From Eledone cirrhosa (taxonomy: Eukaryota): DNA of 64,000 nt. The translations under genes were made by a program, and so were the position numbers. The notes beneath the pieces are model-generated. The model worked only from the letters and a program-made list of their open reading frames with translations, was not told where the DNA came from and ran no database searches. Location: contig OZ024742.1 in NCBI GenBank assembly GCA_964016885.1, positions 169,260,001-169,324,000 of the forward strand, read 5' to 3'. Shown one piece after another: positions 52,429-64,000 of this stretch. The first letter of the stretch is position 1; every line of letters starts with the position of its first letter.

Positions 52429-53833
52429 GAGAGAGAGATACAAAAGTCTCATCAATGGGCTCTGATGCATGCTATGCGAGGCCATATACATTGGCCAGAC
52501 TAGCCAAAAGATTCACCAAACATCTGCACTGGCAACCTGTCCTGGTAGCTTGACATTACCACAATCAGTCCACACATCAGCTTACTGTGTTTGAGCTTGC
52601 TTCCTTCACCAGACCCCCAGATATGCACCGCCAGTGGGAACAGCAACTTATTTATTTTTCTAAATACATCTACCCCCAATGTCTTAAATGCCCACCCCTC
52701 TTCCTCTAATCTACTCTCCTAACTGCATCCAGTACCCTCCACCATCCACATGCACACCAGCATGAATACAATATTGCTGCACCACATGGAAATACACACA
52801 CTTAGATACATTATACATACAACAAAAAACTTTAACATACTTATTAATATACAAACACGTAGAAATGTACATATAAACACACACATATCGGCACATATAC
52901 ACATATTTCTCACTTAGTGTTGTATAGTATGGTTGCTATGACAATTCAACTGCCTTTTTAGTTTATTTCAACTTCAGCTATTCCACCCTGAAGTTGAATT
53001 TCGTTTGTTTGGTTTTTTTTTAATGAACAGATACGTATTTGTCACAAATAATTATTTTATATTTGACACAGACACTGACAAACCACACACATATACGATG
53101 TTAATACAGCCAAACACACTTAGACACCATCATAAACAATGTATAGACCATTCCACCAATACATACGCTGATACACACACAAAAACAAAAAAAAAACACT
53201 CATACAAAGTGGTCGTGGAGGTGCCACGGCAAAAAAGCCCCAGCACTCACTGTAAATGAGGTTGGTGTTAGGAAGGGCATCCAGCTGTAGAAATCAAGCC
53301 AGAATCAGTTCCCGTCCCACCCTTGCAAGCAGGGAAAAGCGGACGTAAAATGATGACTAAAATTATGACAAAGTGAACACCTTTTGGTTCCTGTAAAGTA
53401 GAGCTTATTCCTTTTCAAGATGCACCATTTTATCTTGTCTTTCAGCTCCCATACTCGACTGGTCACTGCTGCTGTTATTCTCTATGTCAGTGTCTAAATG
53501 GTGTGATATGTGAGTAGTACCGTTGTTTTAAGTGATCTTGTGCCTTACCCACATATCATTCACTGGTCACCAGTTGGTATAATTATGGCTTCATAGATTA
53601 CTGATTTGGTGTTACATTTTTCTTGTAAGGGGCATTCCTTCTTTTTCCACATGTGTGTATATATATGTGTGTGTGTGTGTGTGTTGTTTGTGATAGGAAG
53701 GGCATCTAGCCATAAAACCTTTCCAGACAAAGGGTTGAGAGGACTCTTTAGCAGTATCAAAAACATGACAACCTCCTACGTGTTGGTGACATAAAAATGC
53801 TCTTGAGGCACTTTGTTAAGGGAGAGAGTGTCA

Positions 53834-54149
53834 GAACATGTATTAGCAAGATGCATTCCCTCAACCAATCTGAGTGGCCAGTAGCTCTGATTATGTACTG
53901 ACTTCGTTTGTGGGAACATGTATTAGCAAGATGCATTCCCTCAACCAATCTGAGTGGCCAGTAGCTCTGATTATGTACTGACTTCGTTTGTGGGAACATG
54001 TATTAGCAAGATGCATTCCCTCAACCAATCTGAGAGGCCAGTAGCTCTGATTGTGTACTGACTTCGTTTGTGGGAACATGTATTAGCAAGATGCATTCCC
54101 TCAACCAATCTGAGTGGCCAGTAGCTCTGATTATGTACTGACTTCGTTT
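53834..54149. repeat. 80-bp tandem repeat, about 4 copies
   Basis: gaacatgtattagcaagatg at 53834, 53914, 53994 and 54074. Confidence 0.95.
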
Positions 54150-54377
54150 CTGATGACCTGTCCACTCTTCCTTGAAGGGAGAATGGACATTAAATGATGA
54201 TAATGATGGTGATGATGATACATACATATTTATAGATGTGGTGGGGGGGGGGGGTTCACATGAGTGTGTATGTCAATATATATACTACACAGAGAAAGAG
54301 AGAGAGTGAAAACTTTAATTATATATATATATATACATCATTATCATCATCGTTTAATGTCCATCTTCCACGCTTTA

Positions 54378-54443
<66 letters not shown>

Positions 54444-54810
54444 TGTGTGTGTGTGTGTGAAAAAGAGTCCTGTATGACTAAAAACATGCAAATGAATAAA
54501 AAAAAATATGGGTGATGACAGGAAAAGGAACAAATACATCAGTAGTTCCACCTCATCAGTTAGCCACTAGAGATATGTTGTTTCGGTGCTTTACGGTTGA
54601 TACAACTGGTTCTAGTGCACAAGGGACAGTAACAAATGGATAAAGGACAAGATCTTATGACTATTTACAAATAAGAGCAAATTTGCCACTAACCCATGAT
54701 CTGAAAAGATATTGACAAGGCCCAACATATTGATGAACAAAGAAGGAGGTGAGATAGAAAATATACAAGCATTAATAAAAAATATTTTCAATGTGTTTGG
54801 ACATTAAGTC

Positions 54811-54842
<32 letters not shown>

Positions 54843-54850
<8 letters not shown>

Positions 54851-55520
54851 ATACTTTGGGAGGGTCATGTTGCCAATAAGAAACACATGCACCAGTTGCT
54901 TTCACTTCAATTTATTATAAATTTTATAAATATAAATTTTATAAATTTCCGGTTGGTTGGTTGGTTCCACAACCAGATGGTTGTTTATATATTGTCAAAG
55001 TTCTTTCGTCACACATTCAGTGACCTCTTCAGTGACTGGGGATTCTTTCTTTGTTTTGTACCTCTCCTTTGTTCTGTCCTACGCCATCTTGTTTTTGTGT
55101 GTGTTGTGTGCTTAGTTTGCGCATGTGTTACATCCGGGTGTCTGTGTGTGTTTATATTTGTTGCTATTCCATTCATGTTTTCTAACTAGTAACATGTAAA
55201 TAAACAAATAAATAAACAAATAAAAACACACACAGGCACCCGGATGTAACACATGCGCAAACTAAACACACAACACACACAAAAACAAGATGGCGTAGGA
55301 CAGAACAAAGGAGAGTCACAAAACAAAAAAAAGAATCCCCAGTCACTGAAGAGGTCACTGAATGTGTGACGAAAGAACTTTGACAATATATAAACAACCA
55401 TCTGGTTATGGAACCAGCCAACCAACCGGAAATTTATAAAATTTATAATAAATTGAAGTGAAAGCAACTGGTGCGTGTGTTTCTTATAGGCAACATGACC
55501 CTCCCAAAGTATAACAATAT
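54843..55520. repeat. Long inverted repeat (about 320-bp arms, short spacer), Penelope pLTR-like
   Basis: 54843-55162 is the reverse complement of about 55200-55520, apart from a few substitutions and an indel. A diverged relative lies at about 59780-60012. Confidence 0.85.
55342..55384 (+). ncRNA. Hammerhead ribozyme candidate, family D (mirror copy at 54994-55036 on minus)
   Basis: gtca-CTGAAGA-g gtcac tgaatgt gtgac-GAAA-gaac-TT-tgac; stem I gtca/tgac, stem II gtcac/gtgac. Confidence 0.55.
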
Positions 55521-56049
55521 CTGTTTCAACACACGTTTTCAGATAAAGAATCTTGCTAAACAAATTCAGAAACGAAATATATATAATGAAATTATGCATG
55601 CATGCATATGTTTAAATATATATATACTATTGAGAGAGACAGGGAGAGATGAAGTGGGAGAGAGAGAAGCTGAGGCCAAAAAAGGAGTATTTAAAATTAT
55701 AAAAACAGCTGTTCCAATACCAAAGAGATGAAATGATGTGTAATTATTGCTTTTAGTACATTAATACAATTGTCTGCATCGTTAAACAACCACTAATTAA
55801 CAGTGATTATATTGAATATGTAAATATACACTGAAACAGGACAGATATAAATTAATTTAGTTGTAATAGTGGTGATAGTAATTATGGCAGTGGTGGTGGT
55901 TGTTATGATAGTAGTTATGTTGGTGGTGGTGATGGTTCTAGTGATGGGTGTGGTGTAGTGGTAGTAGTGGTGGTGGTGATAGTAGGAAGTTAGCGTTAAT
56001 AAGGGTTATGTAAATAATACTAATACTAGCTGTTGTTGCTGTTGTAATC

Positions 56050-56525
56050 ATTGTTGTTGTTGCTGTTGTTGTTGTTGTTGTATAAGCCTACAAAATTTGA
56101 ACTGAGTTTAAATCTAATCTTTAATTTCCAAATGACTCAGAAGCCATAACTTTATGTGTCGTCGTTGTTGTTGTTGCTGTTGTTGTTGTTGTATAAGCCT
56201 ACAAAATTTGAACTGAGTTTAAATCTAATCTTTAATTTCCAAATGACTCAGAAGCCATAACTTTATGTGTCGTCGTTGTTGTTGATGCTGTTGTTGTTGT
56301 TATATAAGCCTACAAAATTTGAACTGAGTTTAAATCTAATCTTTAATTTCCAAATGACTCAGAAGCCATAACTTTATGTGTCGTTGTTGTTGTTGATGCT
56401 GTTGTTGTTGTTGTTATATAAGCCTACAAAATTTGAACTGAGTTTAAATCTAATCTTTAATTTCCAAATGACTCAGAAGCCATAACTTTATGTATCGTCG
56501 TTGTTGTTGTTGATGCTATTGTTGT
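56050..56525. repeat. About 110-bp tandem repeat, 4 copies with (GTT)n linkers
   Basis: tataagcctacaaaatttgaactgag repeated four times. Confidence 0.92.
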
Positions 56526-56974
56526 TATTGTAGTTGTTGCTGTTGGTGGTGGTGGTGTTAAAATAGTACTAAGTCACAATTATGACAATAGCCTTTCATT
56601 ATGAAATACAATTACTTATGACCAGAGAAAGAAAAACCAATGAGTAATTAAAGACGATAATGGAGTTAAATTCTTGAAAATGTCCCATATATCTTGAAGA
56701 GGAAACAAGTAGCTATAGTTACACATGCACACATAGACTCATATACATATATATACACATATACATAGACTCACATATATATATTGACTCACAAACATAT
56801 ATATACACATATACATAGACTCACATACATATATACACACATATATATAGACTTACATGTATATTCACAAACATATATATACACACACACTCCTTCACAT
56901 ATACACACACACACTCATTCACATACACAAACACACACTCGTTCAAACACACACACATACATACACACACATAT

Positions 56975-57995
56975 TATCATCATCATCGTTTAACGTCTAT
57001 CTTCCACGCTAGCATGGGTTAGACAGGAATTGTCACACTTGAGGCAGGATTGGTCGGGCGGCCGTATCTCGCTCGTATAGGACTGTCTGGCAGGTTTTCT
57101 ACGGCTGGATGTCCTTCCTAACACTAACCACATTTACAGTGTGGACTGGGAGCTTTTTACCATATTACCTACACGACCACATTACAGCATGGACTGTGTG
57201 TTTTTTGTCGTGACACCTACACGACCTCATTAGTTTGGACTGGATGTTGTGTTACCAACATAACTTTATAGAGAAAGGGTGGTGTTAGTGGGAGTGGAAG
57301 GGTGGAGTATGGGTAGTAGGTTGGGGTGAATGTTTGGTTTGGAGGGGCCTACTGACTGTAGGTTAACTTTGTATGTAGGGAAGGCGGGTGTTCTGTATTA
57401 CTGTGTGGCGCCAAAGATCTCGATCCAGTGACATTGTCTTAAAGAGGTGTAAGTGTGCAAGGTCAGAATTTATCATGTCGTCCCAGGTTTTTCTGGGTCT
57501 ACCTACTCTATAACTTCCATCAATTTTGATGACCATACCAACGTAATCTCCTCTCAAGTAAACAGCATCTGATCCCTCTTATTCCTAATTTCTCACTTAG
57601 TTCATTTATGTTTTGCCATTTGTGAATATTACTGTTACACATCCAACGGAGAATGCATGCTTCGTTCCTTTCCAGTCTGCGTAGGTCTTCTGCACACAAT
57701 GCCCATGTCTCACTGCCATGTAACATTAAGGTTCATATACAATCATCATACAATCTGCCTTTCATTTTTAGAGAGAAACCTTTTGTGGCCAACAGCAGTA
57801 TAAGCTCTCTGAACTTTCTCCATCCCGTTCTAACTCTGGCTACTGCACTTTCAGAGCACCCTCCACCACTGCTGATTTTGGCACTCAGGTAACGGAAAGT
57901 GTACACTATTTCTATAGAACCATCTGGGCAATAGAAGGAGCTAGTCTTCTGTGGGCACTTGCTACTTATTGCACCTGAGCATTGGCCACATATAA
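56975..57995 (-). mobile_element. RTE LINE 3' fragment
   Basis: FICGQCSG..FRYLSAKISSGGGC, MLHGSETW, GRPRKTW, then 3' UTR and GAT tail. Confidence 0.88.
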
Positions 57996-58459
57996 AGTAT
58001 ATATATATACATATATATATACTTAAGGTAAACACTGATGCAATTCAATTCAAGCACTCAACGTACCTATTCCACATAGGAGTGACGGAGTAAATATCGA
58101 ATAACGAAAAGCGAAGTAGTTTCAGATATTCAAGTCCTTTAATAATAATTGTTTCTACTTTTGGCACAAGGCCAGCAATTATCCCAGTGTAATACTGGTA
58201 CTTTATTTTATTGACCCCCGTAAGGATGAAAGGCAAAGTTAACCTCGTCGGAATTTGAACTCAGAATGGCAAGGGCCGTAACTCTATGCATCAAAGCATG
58301 GTGTCCGCTCCTCTACTGATACTGCCAATCCACCTGCCAATCCAAGTCCTTTAATAATAATTGTTTCTACTTTTTTTGGCACAAGGCCAGCAATTATCCA
58401 GTGTATTACTGGTACTTTAATAATAATGCTGTGATATAATTAAGTCCTTTAATAATAAT

Positions 58460-58533
58460 GCTGTGATATATATTTCAATGGCGACAGTGGCTACACTGTT
58501 CCGTGCGCCAGTGCCGCGACATCGTCAGACAGC
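58460..58533 (-). ncRNA. Hammerhead ribozyme candidate, family B
   Basis: gctgt-CTGACGA-tgtcgcggcactggcgcac..gtgtagccactgtcgccatt-GAAA-tatata-TC-acagc. Confidence 0.72.
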
Positions 58534-59384
58534 TTGTTACATAATAAGGTTATGTTTCCGAGGCAATCCAAATTGAATCGACATGGGAACAGACGAAGTG
58601 TGTGCTCTCGGGTTCTTCGCCCGTTCCCTTGTGAGTACCAATTCACCCCCACCGGTCTGCGCAGGCGCAGGTACGAAGGATGTTGACTATTAGCTACCGC
58701 AGAGTTCAACGAAATTCGCCTCGGCAGTTCCCCCCTCTCAACCAAACAATGACCTATTCAGGCCTGTAATATATAGCTTACTGCTAGCCACCCCGTCAGT
58801 GGCAGTCAGCCGAAAGCCGGTGGGGTTGGGAGAGTGTGAGTATCAATAGGTCTCAATAACACCCCACATTAAGCATGGACAGTTAAATTGACCATCAACC
58901 TCTAAGAGAAAATATACTTAATTCTAGGTATTATGGTTTCACAGTGGAAATTATGAATGAGAGTTGGAAATTAAAACTAAAAATTAAAAATCGAAAATCA
59001 GAAATCAAAAATTAAAAAAGAAAAATTTTTTAAATTTACAAGTGTGAATCTAGATTGAAGTGAATAAAAGAATATGTGCACCTATACTATCTACTACGTA
59101 GGGAGATGTTTAAGTAAGAAGTTTGGAAAGGGGTATTAATGTTACAGATATATCATCTACATACTGAACGATATTACCGTACAGTAGAACGGAGGGTAAA
59201 TTACAGTATGAAAGGTAGTAGTTAGGCGGGTACATAGTTAGAATGTCCATCACATGGAACAAAACCAGAAAAAAAATATAACAGATATAAAATACACAAA
59301 AAATATCCAATAAATACAAAAAATACATACATACAGTCGATTCAATTTGGATTGCCTTGGAAACATAACCTTATTATGTAACAA

Positions 59385-59458
59385 GCTGTCTGACGATGTC
59401 GCGACACTGGCGCACAGAACAGTGTGGCCACTGTCGCCATTGAAATATATATCACAAC
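59385..59458 (+). ncRNA. Hammerhead ribozyme candidate, family B (inverted partner of 58460-58533)
   Basis: gctgt-CTGACGA-tgtc gcgaca c tgg cgcac..gtgtg g cca c tgtcgc catt-GAAA-tatata-TC-acaac. Confidence 0.7.
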
Positions 59459-60310
59459 ATTATTGGTGAATTGGCAGTATCGGTAGAGAGTCGGACACCA
59501 TGCTTTCCAGCATAGTTACGTCCCTTTACGGTCTGAGTTCAAATCCCGTCGAGGTTAACTTTGCCTTTCATCCTTACGGGGTCGATAAAATAAAGTACCA
59601 GTAATGTACTGGGTAATTGCTGACCTTGTGCCAAAAGTAGAAACAATTATTATTAAAGGACTTGAACATCTGAAACTACTTCGCTTTTCCTTATTCTCTC
59701 TCTCTATATATATATATATATACACAGATATACACACATACATGCATAGTCATATTCTGGTATGTAGACATATATATTCACGAAAAACACACCATAAAAC
59801 AAAAGTCAAGATGGAGTAGAGGTTTAAGACAAGAAAGAAGAGGAGGCATAAAAGAGAACAAATAGTCATTGAGGAGGTCACAGAATGTGTGAAGAAAGAA
59901 GTTTGATGAACAAATGAATAACAAACAATAAAGATAAAGTGAAAATCATACGGTACAAGTGTTTCTTTTTATAGGCTATATTGGCAACATGACCATCCCT
60001 AAATATAACAATGTGTGTGTGTGTGCGTGCGCTACATTGTAATGCCCAACGGATGAGATCTTGCCATTTTGATGGTGAATGGATAACCAAATTATTTTTT
60101 CACATTCCCATGTATCAGGTATCTAGCTGAACGATGATCTTAGTAATCTAAATTCTCAATCTCAATCTCTCTCTCTCTCCTTCTCACTCTCTATCTTTCT
60201 ATTTCCTCTTTTATCGCTGATTCTATCTTATTCTGAAGAACTAGTATCTGAAGCATTAACATTATTTAGCTACTACATCAAATATACATATATATATATG
60301 AATGTATATA

Positions 60311-60590
60311 TAGTGTATTTTGCAATACACTGTATGCTTAATTAAAAGCATTTCGAAGACCTTATGCTATTGTTTTAGAGTAGTGACAGTCTCACTTACT
60401 TTAAATTTTCAGCAAACAGGGGAGATAAAGCTGACAGAGCTATGTTTCGTACTGATTGGTACTTATCAAAACCAAGTACTCCACCTGTCTGCTGAAAATC
60501 ATGAATGTTTGATTCTTATAGAATTTCTAGTAATAATCAGGAACTGATTATACAGAGCGGTTGCCAGTCAAGCAGAAATTGAAAATTAGA
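60311..60590 (-). repeat. Diverged monomer related to the 310-bp hammerhead unit
   Basis: Colinear anchors shared with 30651-30926 (gaagacct, cttatagaat, caggaactg, agagcggttgcc, gcagaaatt) and a degenerate hammerhead TTGATAA-gtac..gtac-GAAAC..GTC. Confidence 0.7.
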
Positions 60591-60597
60591 ATTGGTC

Positions 60598-60807
60598 TTA
60601 TTTGTCCTCCCGGCGCAGAATCCAAGAAGAACTCTGTGTCTCTTCCACAAATTTGGAGGTTCAGAATTATTCATAATCAATTATTCTGAAAATAAATAAT
60701 GGAAACATAGTCGCTGTTTTTATGAAGACAAGAGTGACAACGGAAGTAAAAAAAATTTGCATAAAATTAGCAGTTGAAAATTGCGAACAAATATCGTCCG
60801 CACCCTG
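60598..60807 (-). mobile_element. 5' end fragment of the same Tc1/mariner family
   Basis: Reverse complement of about 6065-6260, including the TIR. Confidence 0.88.
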
Positions 60808-61169
60808 TATATATATATCATCATCATTTCATTTTACGTCCGCTTTTCCCTGCTTGCAAGGGTGGGACGGGAACTGATTCTGGCTTGATTTCTACAGCTG
60901 GATGCCCTTCCTAACACCAACCTCATTTACAGTGAGTGCTGGGTGCTTTTTTGCCGTGGCACCTGCACAACCACTTTGCAGTGGAATGATAGGGACCCCA
61001 GTCCCTATCATCTCATTTCTACAGCTGAGTAAACTGGAGCAATGTGAAATAAAGTGTCTTGCTCAAGGAAACAACACATCACCCGGTCTGAGAATTGAAC
61101 TCACAACCTTTCGATTGCAAGGCCAATGCTCTAACCACTAAGCCATGTGCCTCCATATATATATATATT

Positions 61170-61228
<59 letters not shown>

Positions 61229-61704
61229 GTGTGTGTGTATGTATATATATAAATATTGTTGTCTCTGATCGAGATGAAGCAAGAGTGTATTTAAATTCAT
61301 AGAAAAATAAGAAAACTGATCACTAGAACAGCCGTTAAAACACCAAATGCTGACGATGAACAAATATACCTCAGAGGACAGATCATGCGTAACCATTTTG
61401 CTGGTTTCAGATTTGATGATGGTGAGGATGTGTGTGAACTTGTCTTGTACGTCGCCTTTCTTTATTTCCTTCTTCCAGTTACTTTTATGTGCCAACACAC
61501 TTCTCCTTGACCTCCTCCTCTTCCAATCTTTTCTATAGTTCATCTGCCTGTCACCCACCTCATGGATTGCCTCTCCCCCTACCACTGGCTGCTAATATTT
61601 GTCTTCTGAGGCCTTTTTGCCCATCGCTGTCATTGATAGCATTTGGCTGTTTTAACCACTGTTCTAGCAATGAGTTTTCTTGTTTTTATATGAATATATA
61701 TATC

Positions 61705-63165
61705 ATCATCATCATCATTTTACGTCCGCTTTTCCCTGCTTGCAAGGGTAGGACAGGTCCTATTCAGCATAGCATCTCTCCACTTGTCACGGTCCTTCGT
61801 CATCTCCTCCGTGAGCTTCAGCAAACTGAGGTCTGCTCTCACCACCTCCGCCCATGTTTTTCATGGTCTTCCTCTACTACGTCTTCCTTCTACTGGGATT
61901 TCTTGGCACTGCTTTACCCATCGGTCATCCTCCATGCGCATCACATGTCCATACCATCACAGTCTTCTCTCCCGCTCATGCACATTGACATTGCATATCC
62001 AACGGATTTCTCTCCAGCCATCGCCCATGTCTCACTACCATGCAGCATCGCACACCTCACACAGGCATCATATAACCGGCCTTTTGTACGCAGGGAGAAA
62101 CCCTTCTTTGTCAGCAGAAGAAGCAGCTCCCTAAACTTCTTCCAACCTGTCTTTATTCTAGATACTATGGCCTCAGAACACCCCTCCCATGCTAATCTGA
62201 TCACCTAGGTACCAGAAGCTATCAATCACTTCTATAGCATCTGCCTGCATTTAAAAGATGCACCTATCAATGCGACTTCTACTGTCAAATTTCCCTGTAC
62301 ATCTACTGCATACGTTTTTTTCCCTACCTGTTAGTCTGTTCCCACTGCTATCCCACTACATCTCTTGTGTACCCAAGATCTGCATTGTGTATATTTTATA
62401 GAATTTATGCCAGTTCTTTTTCTGCATATCAAACATGGCCATTTCCCTGACGGAATCAGAGTTTTGTCCTCTTTTCTACTCATCAACACTTTTGTCTTAG
62501 CTAGGTTCACTTTCAGTCCTCTTAATTCAAATTGCTGTTTCCATAACCAGAATTTATTCTCTAACTGCTCTACTGATTTTGCTATAAGAACCAGATTGTC
62601 AGCATAGAGAAGTTCCCATGGGCAGCCAGTCTTAAATTCCTCCGTTATGGCTTGGAGGACTATAATGAACAAGAGCGGGCTGAGGACCGAACCCTGATGT
62701 ACTCCTACTTGTATCTGGAATTCCTCACAAAACTCCATTCCTACCCGCACTTTACTGACAGCACCTCTGTACAAAGCTTGCACTGTCCTCACAAGCCATT
62801 CCTCAACACCTAGTTTCCTTAGGGACCACCAGATGACAGATCGAGGTACCCTATCAAAGGCCTTCTCTAGGTCAAAAAAAGCTAAGTATAGTGGCTTATT
62901 CTTCTCTAAGAACCTCTCTTGTAGTTGTCTCACTAAGAAGAGGGCATCTTTTGTACTTTTCCCAGGAACAAAACCAAACTGCATCTCATCTAGTTTGACC
63001 CTTTCTCTAATTAGTTGCGCTAATATTCTTTCTGCCACTTTCATAACCTGATCCATCAGTTTTATGCCCCTATAATTGCTCTGCTCCAGAGCATCCCCTT
63101 TACTTTTGTAGCAATTTATGAGAATACTGCTGCACCAGTCTTTGGGTATGACACTGCCATTGAAT
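61705..63165 (-). mobile_element. RTE LINE fragment (RT + finger + C-terminus)
   Basis: ORF 62331-63056 with DLEKAFDRVPR, GVHQGSVLSPLLF, YADN and WPCLICRK..WVHKRCSG. Confidence 0.93.
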
Positions 63166-63169
63166 GGTG

Positions 63170-64000
63170 TAATTGTGCAAGGTCAGATTTTATCATCTCA
63201 TCTTAAGTCTTCCTGGGTCTCCCTACTCCATAGCATCCATCAACTTTGAGTGCCCTGCACCTTTTTATACAGCTGTCATTTTTCATATGTGTCACATGTC
63301 CATATCAACGCATTCTCTTCTCCTGCACACCCTGTCTGATCCCTCTTATGCCTAGTTTCTCTCTCAGTTCATTTATCCATTGAAGCATGCAAGTTTTGTT
63401 TCTTTCCAATCTTTGCAGGTCCTCTGCACACAGTGCCGAGGCCTAACATTGCAACATTGCTGTTCATTTTGAGGTAAACCCTTTTGTAGCTAGCAGTGGT
63501 AGTAGCTCCCTGAACTTCTTCCATATATCTATATACACACACTGTAAAGTGGTCGTGTAGGTGTCATGACAAAAACACCCTATCCTCACTGTAATGTGGT
63601 CATGTAGGCATCTCAACAAAAAGCACCCTGTACTCACTGTAAATGAGGTTGGAGTTAGGAAGGGCATCCAGCTGTAGAAACCAACCCAAAATCAGTCCTG
63701 TATGAGCAAGACATGGTCATCTGACCTAGCATTGCCCACAACAGCACAACTCATCTAGGCCGTGATAGCCGGGAAGAAGGAACAGTGATGATGATGATAT
63801 ATATATATATATATACATCCATGTAGCAGAAGCTACTTGGGTGACCAAATTAGCAGTTGAGGTAGGTGTTCTGAAAGTACAGAAGCCAGAGTGAGAACAG
63901 GATGGAAGAAGTTCAGGGAGCTACTACCACTGCTAGCTACAAAAGGGCGTTCCCTCAAAATGAACAGCAATGTTCCATGGTAGGTAGGCCTCGGCACTGT
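63170..64000. mobile_element. Cluster of short RTE 3' fragments in both orientations
   Basis: WKKFRELLPLLATKG on minus (63464-63525) and plus (63895-63960), with a 3' UTR copy between them. Confidence 0.7.

Noticed and set aside
54791-55599. Paired ORFs of 132 and 137 aa as a duplicated gene
   Set aside because: They are mirror translations of the two arms of an inverted repeat, with no recognisable domain.
60225-60262. CTGAAGAactagtatctGAAgc as a hammerhead
   Set aside because: GAAA box incomplete and no supporting stems I or III.

Overview
Eukaryotic, AT-rich, microsatellite- and transposon-dense genomic DNA; the repeat content suggests a cephalopod such as Octopus (inference only). The single host gene is a class-I unconventional myosin (MYO1E/F-like) on the minus strand. 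14 coding exons (47197 down to 2181, about 530 aa of the motor domain) splice in frame and the gene continues off the left edge. One intron is a U12-type (minor spliceosome) intron. Introns and the upstream flank hold RTE-clade LINEs with a PHD-like finger inside the RT, tRNA-derived SINEs, Tc1/mariner, Helitron, piggyBac- and hAT-like MITEs, a non-autonomous LTR element with 4-bp TSD, and minisatellites. The most notable signal is RNA-level. A near-perfect 310-bp tandem array (30927-32974, plus an inverted copy) carries a minimal type-I hammerhead ribozyme in every unit, as in non-LTR retrozymes or Penelope-like pLTRs. A diverged relative at about 60.3-60.6 kb keeps the same stems with different sequence. 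At least three further hammerhead-bearing inverted-repeat families occur in the window. All calls were made by eye; nothing was searched or folded computationally.
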